The notes beneath the pieces are model-generated. The model made no database searches. It saw only the letters and a list, made by a program, of their open reading frames with translations, and was not told the DNA's origin. A stretch of DNA of 64,000 bases from an uncultured Gammaproteobacteria bacterium (lineage in GTDB: Bacteria > Patescibacteriota > Microgenomatia > Levybacterales > UBA12049): contig CAYYSJ010000001.1 of assembly GCA_964474445.1 (NCBI GenBank), positions 206,530 to 270,529 on the forward strand, in the 5' to 3' direction. The first letter of the stretch is position 1. The number at the start of each line of letters is the position of its first letter. The position numbers and the translations under genes are program-made. This document shows positions 31,172 through 41,564 of the stretch, one piece after another.

Positions 31172-32803
31172 TTAAAATACTAAAAATGAGTCACTAATGA
31201 TTGCTTTTGGATTTTTATACTCAGGTAATGCATTATATTTGCATATATACCAATTACTAATACTGATGACTGTTATTCTTTTTGCTGATGGGGGATATGG
31301 AATAACATGAAAAGCACAAATCTCATCAGAGCGAAAACTTCCATATGGCTTATCACTTTTTAGCCCATACAAATCACCATTATCCCTTCCATAATACGAA
31401 AAGTTGAGGGTACCTATATTGTTTTTCTTAGCATAGTCATAGACGTCTGGTAAACTTTGTCCCCAGTCAAGATTTGCATCTTGAAAAAGCAAATACAGCT
31501 TGTTTTTAGGACCTGCCAATTCGTTTGCATATGAAAGAAAATGAGGAAATGCAAAACATACCTGGACTATCTGCCAAAGTAATAAAAGACCCAGAAAGGT
31601 TAGTGTTAAAAATCGTTTTGTTTTTATTAGTTCAACACTTTTTGCAGCAACAATAACCAAAAAGGGGTACGCAGGAAGCATATAGCGATTCAATGGGAAC
31701 GTGCCACTTCGCAATGCTTCAAAAATAACAACAACAATAGGAATCAGTATATACAGCTCTTCTTTCTTTTTCTTTTGCTTAACCAAAAGTACTAATCCAA
31801 CGAGAGAGAGGAGTAACAAAGGAAGTGGAGTTTTAAGAGCAAATGTTGCTGGCATAAAAAACCACTTACATTCTAAATAGTAGGTCCCTAAAAAGAAACA
31901 CGTGTAATGATCATTTGTTGTCGTGTAATTGATTTTTGCAACTGCAATATTTTTATATAGGCCAATATAATCCCCTAAGGGAATTTTTACCGTTTTTCCC
32001 ATCATCACGAGGTTAGTAAGATATTGATTGTGGTGCTCTTTAGCAATCCGAAGTAATCTCTCTGAGAATCGGTTGCTATCTTGTCGCTGTTTAACAATTG
32101 TTTGCCAATGATAGAAATATGTCGTCCAAATAACAAAAAGCGCTATCCCAATTGTTAACACAATAAATTTCTTTTGTTGCCATACCCACCGGAACGTATC
32201 CCACTTTTTTATATAAAGTAAGACCAAAAGGGAGGAAAATACATAAAAGTCAGCAAAAGAAATTTTTGTTGCAAAACCAAGACCCAATACTATTGAAAAC
32301 AAGATATAGAGCTTTTTTGTTGGATGATTTAGTAATTGGATAAAAAGGATGTAGCAAAGAAAAATCAAAACTGTGACGACCATATCAGTATTGACAACAT
32401 GAGACATCGCAAGAACATTTGGCTCAAAAGCAAGAAGTGTCACGGCAAGGAGTGCACGTGTTTGGCCAAAATATGTTTTGGTTACAAAAAACACCAGCAA
32501 CAAAAGGCTTACTCCAAAAGCAATAACAACTAAACGCGCAATATTTTTCTCCTGCACTTGATTAAGAGGAATATGCAACACATTCTCTGTAAATACTATT
32601 GGAGCAACTTGTACATCTTTTGCAAACGGGGGATGAAATGGCTCGATATCAAATGTGTGATGAAGCCAGGCATTCTTCCCTTCTTGAATAGTAACGACCT
32701 CATCAAATGTTAGTGATTCTTTCAAAGAAGAAAAAACTGATAGGGATATAAATATTCCTATACTAAAAACTAGGAAAAATTTTAAAAATTTTTCATATTT
32801 CAT
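31172..32803 (-). CDS. GT39/GT83-like (PMT/ArnT family) membrane glycosyltransferase (543 aa)
   Basis: Polytopic membrane protein, a paralogue-like partner of 27875-29482 on the same strand. Assignment is by architecture only. Confidence 0.45.
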   Translation of the reverse strand: MKYEKFLKFFLVFSIGIFISLSVFSSLKESLTFDEVVTIQEGKNAWLHHTFDIEPFHPPFAKDVQVAPIVFTENVLHIPLNQVQEKNIARLVVIAFGVSLLLLVFFVTKTYFGQTRALLAVTLLAFEPNVLAMSHVVNTDMVVTVLIFLCYILFIQLLNHPTKKLYILFSIVLGLGFATKISFADFYVFSSLLVLLYIKKWDTFRWVWQQKKFIVLTIGIALFVIWTTYFYHWQTIVKQRQDSNRFSERLLRIAKEHHNQYLTNLVMMGKTVKIPLGDYIGLYKNIAVAKINYTTTNDHYTCFFLGTYYLECKWFFMPATFALKTPLPLLLLSLVGLVLLVKQKKKKEELYILIPIVVVIFEALRSGTFPLNRYMLPAYPFLVIVAAKSVELIKTKRFLTLTFLGLLLLWQIVQVCFAFPHFLSYANELAGPKNKLYLLFQDANLDWGQSLPDVYDYAKKNNIGTLNFSYYGRDNGDLYGLKSDKPYGSFRSDEICAFHVIPYPPSAKRITVISISNWYICKYNALPEYKNPKAIISDSFLVF

Positions 32804-33936
32804 AACAATGATTGGTAGAGATCAGCCATTTTTTTTGAAAGAACTTTTGTACTATGGACTTTCTCTGCCCTTTCTCGTGCTTTTTTCCCAAAGGATAGTC
32901 TTTTTTGCGAGGACAAAAGAAAGTCCTTGATGGCTTCTTTGAGTGAATAAAAATCTCCCGGCCCTACGATAATACCTGCATCCTCAATATTTTCTGGTAT
33001 TCCCCCACTAAAGGTAGTAATAATAGGAAGACCCGTTGCCTGTGCTTCAAGGAGTGCTGTACAGTATTGTTCTTGATAGGTATTTGTCGGCTTGCTTGGC
33101 GCCAAAAAAAGGTCTGCTTTCCTATATTCTTCAGGCATCTTCTCATAGGAAACTTGTTTATGCTCGATAAACCGCTCAATCTGCAATTTTTTTTCTAAAG
33201 AAAACATCTGTTCTTTCTCAGATCCATTTCCAACAAAAAGAAATCGTAGTGTATACTCTTTCAAATCTTTATCCATGGTTAACAACTTGATTGCATAGAG
33301 AATTTCGTAAACCCCTTTATAGATTTCAAGTCTCCCGCTGAATAGTATGGTAAAATCTTTTTTCAATGATCCGATGGTTTTAAAAAAGTTTCTCTCCGGA
33401 TAAAATACATCGGTATTTATTGCATGACTAATAACCGTTATTTTTCTCTCCTCTGCTCCCTCCAGAAGTAACGTTTCTTTTGTTCTTTGTGTGAGTGCGA
33501 TGATATGATCCAAATTTTCCCGAGCATTTTTCTTAAAAACCTTTCTTCCCCAGATTCCTTCATTATTAAATGGAATATTTTCCAGTACAGTTGCGATAAC
33601 TTTTTTAACGTACCCTTTTTTCTTTGCAGCAAGTGCTTGCTGGGTATAGTGATAATACGTTTCGGCACTATGGACAAGATCAAACCCTTTTAACTTCTCC
33701 TCTAAACCGTAGAGATAGTGAGCATCAGTAAAAATTCTGTTGAGGATCGGCATTTTTTTAGGAAACTCAGGCAAATCCATTGGACTGGGTAATTTCACAA
33801 CAGGGAAGGTAAAGGTGTCATGGTATGGAGTCGACGATGCAAAAGCTGTTATGTCAAATCTATCAACAAGAGGCTCAAAGAGCTGCATCTCATATGCATT
33901 CAGAAATTTACCCCTCACTACAGCCACTTTTCCCAT
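32800..33936 (-). CDS. glycosyltransferase family 4 (GT-B)
   Basis: C-terminal GT-B motifs (ADLFLAPS...E..C.ALLEAQATGLPIITT). Start placed at MGKVAVV to remove overlap with the divergent DegT gene. The ORF track extends to 34116. Confidence 0.75.
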   Translation of the reverse strand: MGKVAVVRGKFLNAYEMQLFEPLVDRFDITAFASSTPYHDTFTFPVVKLPSPMDLPEFPKKMPILNRIFTDAHYLYGLEEKLKGFDLVHSAETYYHYTQQALAAKKKGYVKKVIATVLENIPFNNEGIWGRKVFKKNARENLDHIIALTQRTKETLLLEGAEERKITVISHAINTDVFYPERNFFKTIGSLKKDFTILFSGRLEIYKGVYEILYAIKLLTMDKDLKEYTLRFLFVGNGSEKEQMFSLEKKLQIERFIEHKQVSYEKMPEEYRKADLFLAPSKPTNTYQEQYCTALLEAQATGLPIITTFSGGIPENIEDAGIIVGPGDFYSLKEAIKDFLLSSQKRLSFGKKARERAEKVHSTKVLSKKMADLYQSLL

Positions 33937-34062
33937 ACATTCTTTTGCCTTAACAGGTATAGTTATACCACAGTTAGTGCTCATATGGAATCTGTAGCCT
34001 TTCTCTATGCTATATGATAAAATCTGGTGAAGAGTAAAGCAAAAATCTGCTTTATAGGCTAT

Positions 34063-35232
34063 ATGATCCCTCTTATCAAATCCACATTCTACAATGAGAA
34101 AAAGACAAAGAAACAACTTTCTGATTTTCTGAAAAAAGCGACCATTCTTAGTCTATCAAAAGAGTGTATAACGTTTGAGAAAAAATTTGCTTCATGGCAA
34201 GGGAGAAAGCATGCCGTCGTTGTTAACTCTGGTAGTAGCGCAAATTTAGCTGTTATCCAAGCACTTCTTAACTTAGGACGATTGAAAAAAGGCGATAAAG
34301 TTGGTTTTTCTGCAGTAACATGGTCAACGAATGTTATGCCATTGATCCAATTAGGTCTAAAGCCAGTTCCAATAGATGTAGAATTGGATACTCTCAATGT
34401 CTCTTCCAAAACCCTCTTGAACGTTTTAAAAAAACAGAACATACAAGCGTTGTTTCTTACCAACCTTCTTGGTTTTTGTTCTGATATTGATGAAATAAGT
34501 ACTCTCTGTAAGAAAAAGAACATTATTCTTCTTGAAGACAATTGCGAATCACTTGGAACAGTCTACAAAGAAAAGAAATTAGGGAATTTCGGACTTGCTG
34601 CCACTTTTTCTTTTTATGTTGGGCACCATATGTCAACAATTGAAGGTGGAGCCATTTGTACAGACGATGAAGAATTAGCAACAATGCTAACAGTAGTTCG
34701 CGCACATGGGTGGGATAGAAATGTAGAACTTTCAAAACAAGCACGTTTGCGAAAACAATTTAAAATAAATTCAACATTTTACTCCCGGTATACCTTTTAT
34801 GATTTGGGATACAATCTTCGTCCAACGGAAATTTGCGGCTTCCTGGGCAATACCCAACTTCCCTATCTTCCCGAAATCATTGATATTCGTCAAAAAAATT
34901 TCCTCACGTTTACAAAAAAAATACATACCAAGACTGATACCTATTATCCACTGCGTTATGACCATTTAGATATTGTTTCTAACTTTGCTGTCCCGCTTAT
35001 TTGCAAAACAAAGAAAATAAGACAACAACTGGTTAAAAAATGTAATGGTAAAGTTGAAATCCGGCCAATTGTAGCAGGGGATATGACCAAACAACCGTTT
35101 TTCAAAAAGTACATTTCCGCTCAGTATAACCTTCCAAATGCTACCCTTATTCATGAAAATGGGTTGTATTTTGGTAATAATCCTGAGCTTACAAACAAAG
35201 AAAAAGAAACAATACTTTCTATATTTGGATAA
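34063..35232 (+). CDS. DegT/DnrJ/EryC1/StrS family PLP-dependent sugar aminotransferase
   Basis: MIPLIKSTF...VVVNSGSSANLAVI plus a DegT-type Lys region. Start placed at the conserved MIPL. The ORF track starts at 34027. Confidence 0.8.
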   Translation: MIPLIKSTFYNEKKTKKQLSDFLKKATILSLSKECITFEKKFASWQGRKHAVVVNSGSSANLAVIQALLNLGRLKKGDKVGFSAVTWSTNVMPLIQLGLKPVPIDVELDTLNVSSKTLLNVLKKQNIQALFLTNLLGFCSDIDEISTLCKKKNIILLEDNCESLGTVYKEKKLGNFGLAATFSFYVGHHMSTIEGGAICTDDEELATMLTVVRAHGWDRNVELSKQARLRKQFKINSTFYSRYTFYDLGYNLRPTEICGFLGNTQLPYLPEIIDIRQKNFLTFTKKIHTKTDTYYPLRYDHLDIVSNFAVPLICKTKKIRQQLVKKCNGKVEIRPIVAGDMTKQPFFKKYISAQYNLPNATLIHENGLYFGNNPELTNKEKETILSIFG

Positions 35233-35238
35233 CCTCTT

Positions 35239-36381
35239 ATGAAAATTCTATTTATTGATAGAGAAATCTCTTTTGTTGGCTCATGTGTCGTTACTGCTAA
35301 TGTTGCGCGAATATTAGCTCATCGCCACAGCGTAAAACTTGCAGCAATGTTTATTGCACCTGGACATCCTAATTTAGATGGCATAGAGCTTGTTGTACCC
35401 TCACAAAAAGTGCAACAATTCCTCCTCAAAAACAAACTTTTATTAACGTTCTTTGGACCTCTTGTTTTATTTCTCCTTGTTTTAAAAAATACAAATAACG
35501 TTGACGTACTTGTACCGGGAAGTACACCAACTCACTGGATTGCTGCGTTATCAGGAAAACTACTGAGGAAAAAAATAGTCTGGAATTGTTTTGAACCATG
35601 GATTGCCTTCCCATTTTCAGATATACCAAAGGTTGGAGTTGTTACATGGCTTGCAGGAATAATCGCCAAGTCATCACTTGATAAAATATTTGTTCATTTT
35701 ATTGACAAAATTTTTACTTTAGACGAAAAAAATAAAAAACGTGTTGCAAAGTACTATCAAAGAAAAGCTTCTGTTATTCACCCGGGAGTTGATTTTTCAT
35801 TTTTTTCATTGGGAAAAATTTCTTTAGCCCAAAAAAAATGGCATTTAAAAAAGGGATTTATTATTACCTGCGTTGGAACACTAAGCCCTATGAAAAATCA
35901 GGAGGTTCTTGTAGATGCGGTGAAACAACTTATTTCAGAAATTCCAGATATTCATCTTTTACTTGGTGGGGATGGTCCTTTAAAAAGGGCTCTCGAGAAG
36001 AAGGTTCTGTTATATAAACTTTCTCACCATGTTACATTTTTGGGGAAACTAGAAACCAAGGATCTCCCTCATCTTTTTGCAGGAAGTGATATTCTTGTTT
36101 TTCCGGCTCTTAACCAAACATGGGGACTTACCCCGTTTGAAGCAGCATGTGTTGGCACTCCTTCAATTGTTTCTGACGACTGTGGAGCATCTGAGGTTAT
36201 TGGGAAACAACAGATTGGTATTGTTGTCAAACCAACAGCTGATGCTATTGCTCATGCAATCATGCAACTACAAAGCAAAGAAAAAAGACAATATTTGGGG
36301 AAAAAAGCCAAAGAGTATGTAAAAAAGCATATGACATGGGAACACTATGCACAAAACATTGAAGCTTTTTTGACATCATGA
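35239..36381 (+). CDS. glycosyltransferase family 4
   Basis: GT-B C-terminal domain (SDILVFPAL...E..G..P.EA...G.P.I). Confidence 0.8.
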   Translation: MKILFIDREISFVGSCVVTANVARILAHRHSVKLAAMFIAPGHPNLDGIELVVPSQKVQQFLLKNKLLLTFFGPLVLFLLVLKNTNNVDVLVPGSTPTHWIAALSGKLLRKKIVWNCFEPWIAFPFSDIPKVGVVTWLAGIIAKSSLDKIFVHFIDKIFTLDEKNKKRVAKYYQRKASVIHPGVDFSFFSLGKISLAQKKWHLKKGFIITCVGTLSPMKNQEVLVDAVKQLISEIPDIHLLLGGDGPLKRALEKKVLLYKLSHHVTFLGKLETKDLPHLFAGSDILVFPALNQTWGLTPFEAACVGTPSIVSDDCGASEVIGKQQIGIVVKPTADAIAHAIMQLQSKEKRQYLGKKAKEYVKKHMTWEHYAQNIEAFLTS

Positions 36382-37544
36382 ATATCCTTATCATCCAACC
36401 ATGGATTACTAGAGGAGGCTCAGAAATCATTGCACTGCAAAGCGCTTACTCTTTAAAAAAACGGGGACATAACACCGTTATTGTAGCAGTCTCCTGTGAC
36501 TATACAAATCTGCCCCGCTATGCAAAATCACTAACTATTCTGACGGTACCTTTTGGAAAATATATACAACAACACCCCTTTCTTTTTATGCTTTTCTCCT
36601 TTCCGTTATTACTTCTTTTGACGCTTCTTCATGCAAGAAAAGCAGATATTATCCACCCACATGTCCCCCCTTCCTTATGGGTTGCAGCTATCCCTTCTCT
36701 TCTTTTTAGAAAACCAATTGTCTGGTGGTGCAATGATATCTACAACAAAGAGTACGCAAAGAATAACAAAAAAAATCTGTATGATTATCTTCTTCCCCTC
36801 CTTGTTGGAAGTTGGTTGGATAAAAAAATTGTTGGGCTTGTAAAAGAAATTATTGTCTATTCTCCTCAAACAAAAGAAGCAGTGAAAAGGTTGTATAATA
36901 GAACTGCTACTGTTATCCCCTGTGGACCTGATGAAGATTTTTTTTCTCAAACACCTAATCAAAAAAGAAAAAATACTCTGCTAAGAAAGAACTTTGTCCT
37001 CCTCTCAGTGGGAAAGCTTCATCCTCAAAAAAATAATATACTTGCATTAGAGACATTAGAGAACGTGCTGCCACAAATTCCTCACAGTATGCTTCTTTTT
37101 GCAGGGACTGGTCCAATGCAAAAGGATTTAGAAATATATGTTAAGCAACATAATCTTACGAAACATGTAACATTTTTAGGTTTTGTTTCAGAAAATGCAT
37201 TAATACAGTTGTATGCATCATCAAATGTCGTACTTTTTACAGCACGCGAGCAAAGTTGGGGACTTGTTCCTCTTGAAGCATTACTGAATGGTAGTATGCC
37301 GCTTGTGACAACAAGCGCAGCAGTTTCTAGCATACTCAAAAAACATGATATCGGCTTTGTTGCAAATGCAACAGTAGGAGATTTTTCAAATAAGCTCCTG
37401 TATATATTTAACCACAAGTTAGAAGTGAAAGAAAAAATAAAAAAAGGACAAACATATATCAGAAACACTCTTTCATGGGACAAGACAGGTATACTGCTTG
37501 AAAAAGTTTTTACCCAAGCATTCAAGAAGACTTACTTGCCCTAA
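36378..37544 (+). CDS. glycosyltransferase family 4
   Basis: GT-B signatures (SNVVLFTAREQSWGLVPLEALLNG.P). Overlaps the upstream gene by 4 nt (ATGA). Confidence 0.8.
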   Translation: MNILIIQPWITRGGSEIIALQSAYSLKKRGHNTVIVAVSCDYTNLPRYAKSLTILTVPFGKYIQQHPFLFMLFSFPLLLLLTLLHARKADIIHPHVPPSLWVAAIPSLLFRKPIVWWCNDIYNKEYAKNNKKNLYDYLLPLLVGSWLDKKIVGLVKEIIVYSPQTKEAVKRLYNRTATVIPCGPDEDFFSQTPNQKRKNTLLRKNFVLLSVGKLHPQKNNILALETLENVLPQIPHSMLLFAGTGPMQKDLEIYVKQHNLTKHVTFLGFVSENALIQLYASSNVVLFTAREQSWGLVPLEALLNGSMPLVTTSAAVSSILKKHDIGFVANATVGDFSNKLLYIFNHKLEVKEKIKKGQTYIRNTLSWDKTGILLEKVFTQAFKKTYLP

Positions 37545-37584
37545 CTTGTTGAAAGAAATATAATGCACTATTGGCATTACTACT

Positions 37585-38814
37585 ATGAAAAAACATGTAC
37601 AAAAAAGGATCTTACGGATTGCTATTTTCCACCTCGCTTTTTTATATTCAGGAGGCGGTGAGAGACTTGTACTGGAAGAGGCATTGGGCTTACAAAAGTT
37701 AGGACATACGGTAGATGTTTTCTCTCCAATCATAGATACCAAACATTGTTTTCCTGAGTTACTTAAAAAAGTAAAAGTAAAATCACTGATTCCAAAACTT
37801 CCTTCTTGGGTTCCTGATGTTGAGCTTATTACTATTTTGCTTGCCTGCATTATTACTCCGTTCTTTTTTTATAAATTTCGGGAATATGATATCTATTTTG
37901 GAGCTAACCAACCGGGTCCTTGGATTGCCTATTTACTTTCAAGAATAAATAAAAAGCCATATGCAGTCTATCTTTCACAACCTACTCGACTTATTCATCC
38001 ACGACTCATTGACCAAAAGACAGGACTTAAAATTGTTGATGGGATAACAATTTTGAATATTTTTAACTTTTTCTGTAAATCTCTGATTAATTTTGCAGAC
38101 GTGAAAAGTATTACAGGTACATCGCTTGTTTTTTCAGACGGGACATACATGAAAGGCATTTTGGAAGAGGTCTATGATGTCCATACGGTAAACGCTCCAG
38201 CTGCAACTCATCTTCGTACAAAAATAAGTAAATTTACACATCGGTTTTCAGGCAACGTCCGCATTGGGAATGTTACTATTCCCAAACCATATCTTCTTGT
38301 CACAAATAGGCACTTTCCCCAGAAAAAATTTGAATACGCAATCGATGCACTACGAATGTTAGGTGATACATCATTATCCCTTGTTATCTGCGGAAAAGAA
38401 ACTTCGTATACCAAGTACTTGAAGTCAATAAATCACAATAAACGCATTTATTTTGTTGGGCTTGTTAATGAAAAAGACCTGGAAAAATTGTATGAACATA
38501 CGGCTGTTTATGTATATCCATCTCCAGAGGAAGACTTCGGGATGGGAATCGTAGAAGCAATGAGTTATTCTGTTCCAGTAGTTGCTTGGAATAATGCTGG
38601 TCCTACAGGTATTATTACCAACGGAACTGATGGGTTTTTAGCACAAGCATTCAATGCTGTTGATTTCGCAGAAAAAATTAGATATCTGCTATCAGATATA
38701 AAACTTTACAAACAATTTGCCAGTGGAGGATTCAAAACAGTAAAAAAACATTTTTCTTTTGAATCACATAATAAAACAATAGAAAGATATCTCCTGCAAC
38801 TTGTTGGCAAATAG
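37585..38814 (+). CDS. glycosyltransferase family 4
   Basis: GT-B signatures (VYPSPEEDFGMGIVEAMSYSVPVVA). Confidence 0.8.
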   Translation: MKKHVQKRILRIAIFHLAFLYSGGGERLVLEEALGLQKLGHTVDVFSPIIDTKHCFPELLKKVKVKSLIPKLPSWVPDVELITILLACIITPFFFYKFREYDIYFGANQPGPWIAYLLSRINKKPYAVYLSQPTRLIHPRLIDQKTGLKIVDGITILNIFNFFCKSLINFADVKSITGTSLVFSDGTYMKGILEEVYDVHTVNAPAATHLRTKISKFTHRFSGNVRIGNVTIPKPYLLVTNRHFPQKKFEYAIDALRMLGDTSLSLVICGKETSYTKYLKSINHNKRIYFVGLVNEKDLEKLYEHTAVYVYPSPEEDFGMGIVEAMSYSVPVVAWNNAGPTGIITNGTDGFLAQAFNAVDFAEKIRYLLSDIKLYKQFASGGFKTVKKHFSFESHNKTIERYLLQLVGK

Positions 38815-38822
38815 GTATACGC

Positions 38823-39584
38823 TTATACCTCTTTAAGAAGAATCTGTTGTGTATAGTGGTTGAGTAATAACAGCTTGATAATACGGTGAATAAGAAAAAA
38901 ATTTCCAGGCATGTTTATTCTATTCAAAACCAATGCCATTTTAATGCCATTGGTTGTTCTAAGCAAATTTATATACTCCAATAGGTTAGGTTTTCCTTTT
39001 TTTGCATATATTATTGAACCAACCACACCTATTTCTTTATAGTTATTGCTTGTTACTATATCTTGCAAAATGACTTTTTCAGGCCCGATATGGCCACAAA
39101 ACGCATCATGGAAAGCAATAATACCATTGTCCATAACAAAAGGTGACCATAAATCATAATCTTGTTTGGTGTGTTTATAATCATGCAGTCCATCAATAAA
39201 AAGTAGCGATATAGGAGCTTTCCATTTTTTTGCTGCCTCTTCTGATGTAGCAACAACTGGTATCACCTTTTTGTTTACCCCAGCGCTTTTCAAGTTGGCT
39301 ATAAACTCTCTATAGGTTGGAGCTGATTTCCCAATACCTTTGCCTTTTGAATACTCTCCTTTATGAGGATCTATAGCAAAGACTTTTGTATTTTCGCTTC
39401 CTGATGCCAAGCAAATAGTAGATTTCCCTTTCCAACTTCCAATCTCAACAATTTCTCCTCTCTGTTTTACACCAACTATATGTGTTGCTTCCTTTGCTGC
39501 AGTATACAGAAAGTATCCTTCATGGGAGGATAGCCATCCATCAAGAGGCTTAATATAGGAAATAATTTCAGAGAAGCTTTTCAT
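38823..39584 (-). CDS. class I SAM-dependent methyltransferase (TylF/Methyltransf_24-like)
   Basis: Rossmann SAM motif VEIGSWKGKST plus an acidic residue after beta2. Confidence 0.65.
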   Translation of the reverse strand: MKSFSEIISYIKPLDGWLSSHEGYFLYTAAKEATHIVGVKQRGEIVEIGSWKGKSTICLASGSENTKVFAIDPHKGEYSKGKGIGKSAPTYREFIANLKSAGVNKKVIPVVATSEEAAKKWKAPISLLFIDGLHDYKHTKQDYDLWSPFVMDNGIIAFHDAFCGHIGPEKVILQDIVTSNNYKEIGVVGSIIYAKKGKPNLLEYINLLRTTNGIKMALVLNRINMPGNFFLIHRIIKLLLLNHYTQQILLKEV

Positions 39585-40687
39585 GCGAGATTTTCTATAG
39601 CAGAGTATATTGCTTTTGCAAATGTTTTAAAAGAGTATCTTTTACTTTGTTCTTTGCCACGTTTGCTGAGCGTTTGTCTAAATGTACTGTCTGAGGCAAT
39701 TTTTTCCAACGAGTTCGCAAGCACTTTTGTGTCATAAGGTTCAACTAACATACCAGCATTCCCAACGATTTCTGGAATCGAACCTCTGGTAGACCCTACG
39801 ACAGGGCACCCAACCGACATCGCCTCAACAAATGGTAACCCAAATCCTTCATACAGACTTGGACAGACAAAAGCGATAGCTCCTCTATAGAGTGAAGAGA
39901 GTTTTTTTGCATCTGTTACCGCTCCAAGCATACGGATATCTGACTTTATATTTGAAGGTATTGTAGTAATAACTTTGGTAATCTCGGGATCCATCCAATT
40001 TGTTCCACCAGCCATTAGCAACAACATGCGTTTTTTAGATTTCTTTCTCATTCCCATATATGCTTTTAGCAGTGTAGGAATATTTTTCCCTTTCTTAAAT
40101 GCTCCGACATACAGAAAATACGGAAACTGTTCCTTATAAGGTTTTACTTCTGGCAGTGGTACAATACCTGGGTACGCAACATGTATTTTTTCTTTTGGAG
40201 TGTTATAGAGTTCTACTAAATCATCTTTTGTTCTTTGAGAAATAGCAATAACAATGTCAGATCGTTCTGCAGTTTCCTTGCTATAAAATCGATGTTTCTG
40301 TACTGATGCTGCATATGCGTAAAGTTCTGGATATCTTTCAAAGGCAATATCATAGACTACCCCTATTGTTTTGTATCCACTCCCCGGTAGTCTCAGTGGT
40401 ACTGCTTGGTTAGCAGCAAAAAATATATCTACTCTATCTAACAACAGTCGAAAAGGAAGCCATAGTTTCATCCATCCTCGTGCTGGTCGTACGACAATAT
40501 TCTTCATGTTTTTTCCTAGTTCTCTCATGAGAGAGGCATCAATTGGATAGAAGCTGTACAGAAAATAGGTGTTTTTTGTATCTTGTTTAGAAATTTCAAG
40601 AAGAGTCTGTTTAACAATATTGTATACACCAACTTTTAATCCCTCTTCTTTAACACCAAGACATCCTGCGTCAACCCCTATTCTCAT
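39581..40687 (-). CDS. glycosyltransferase family 4
   Basis: GT-B signatures (VCPSLYEGFGLPFVEAMSVGCPVV). Start placed at MRIGVDAG. The ORF track extends to 40744. Confidence 0.8.
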   Translation of the reverse strand: MRIGVDAGCLGVKEEGLKVGVYNIVKQTLLEISKQDTKNTYFLYSFYPIDASLMRELGKNMKNIVVRPARGWMKLWLPFRLLLDRVDIFFAANQAVPLRLPGSGYKTIGVVYDIAFERYPELYAYAASVQKHRFYSKETAERSDIVIAISQRTKDDLVELYNTPKEKIHVAYPGIVPLPEVKPYKEQFPYFLYVGAFKKGKNIPTLLKAYMGMRKKSKKRMLLLMAGGTNWMDPEITKVITTIPSNIKSDIRMLGAVTDAKKLSSLYRGAIAFVCPSLYEGFGLPFVEAMSVGCPVVGSTRGSIPEIVGNAGMLVEPYDTKVLANSLEKIASDSTFRQTLSKRGKEQSKRYSFKTFAKAIYSAIENLA

Positions 40688-41564
40688 GCTTCCACCTCCT
40701 ATACTTTTTATATCCATCAAAAACTCCAGCAAACGGGGTAACAAAAGAACGAAGACTTACTTCTCTCCCGAATCCAAACATGCAGCGTAGTATCCATTCC
40801 CAACGAGTAAGAAGAATTACTGCTACAACCCACATGGGTTTATATTTTAAGAAAAAGTATGCTTCATTGCTGAAAAAGTCAAAGTACCACTGGATCCGTC
40901 CTTCTGTTTTTCTAGTCCCTCCTGATTCTGCACGAACATGTAAGACCTCAACATGCGGATCAAAAAGTATTTTGTACCTTTTTTGTCTTGCTCGAAGAGA
41001 CAGATCTGCCTCTTCTCTCAATGCATTCCCTGTAAATTGTTCATCAAATCCTCCAATTTTTTGAAATACATCTTTTCTCCAGCACATATTGCAGCCAATA
41101 AGTGTCTCTATTTCTTGAGGAATCTTCGATGAATAGCCGTCAGTAAACGTTCCAAAGAATGTTATTCTTCCTGTATCTTTTTTCCTCGGTTCTTCTTCTT
41201 GACCTATTGCCACAGACCTCCCATTAACTGCAGCTACCTTTTTATCCTTAAAACAATTGCTGTATAATGCTGGAGAAGTTTTAACTAAAACATCATCATC
41301 AAAGAAAGTAATATATTCCCCTTTTGCATGCGCTACACCAACATTTTTCGCATGGGGAGTTGATGGTTTATCTAAAAAAATATAAATAAACTGCAACCTT
41401 AACTCTTTTGCCTTTGTTCTCAATTCCTTCTCGTGATTTTCCACCTGTTCAACAACAATAACTTCTGTTTCTTTTCCTATCCTTCCTTCTAAAGAATCCA
41501 GTAAATTCATTAAATGCTTTTCTCTTTTATATGTAGGAATAATAATAGAAAATTTAATATTCAT
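40671..41564 (-). CDS. glycosyltransferase family 2
   Basis: FSIIIPTYKRE and FFDDDVL (DxD) motifs. Start placed at MNIKFS. The ORF track extends to 41600. Confidence 0.8.
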   Translation of the reverse strand: MNIKFSIIIPTYKREKHLMNLLDSLEGRIGKETEVIVVEQVENHEKELRTKAKELRLQFIYIFLDKPSTPHAKNVGVAHAKGEYITFFDDDVLVKTSPALYSNCFKDKKVAAVNGRSVAIGQEEEPRKKDTGRITFFGTFTDGYSSKIPQEIETLIGCNMCWRKDVFQKIGGFDEQFTGNALREEADLSLRARQKRYKILFDPHVEVLHVRAESGGTRKTEGRIQWYFDFFSNEAYFFLKYKPMWVVAVILLTRWEWILRCMFGFGREVSLRSFVTPFAGVFDGYKKYRRWKHENRG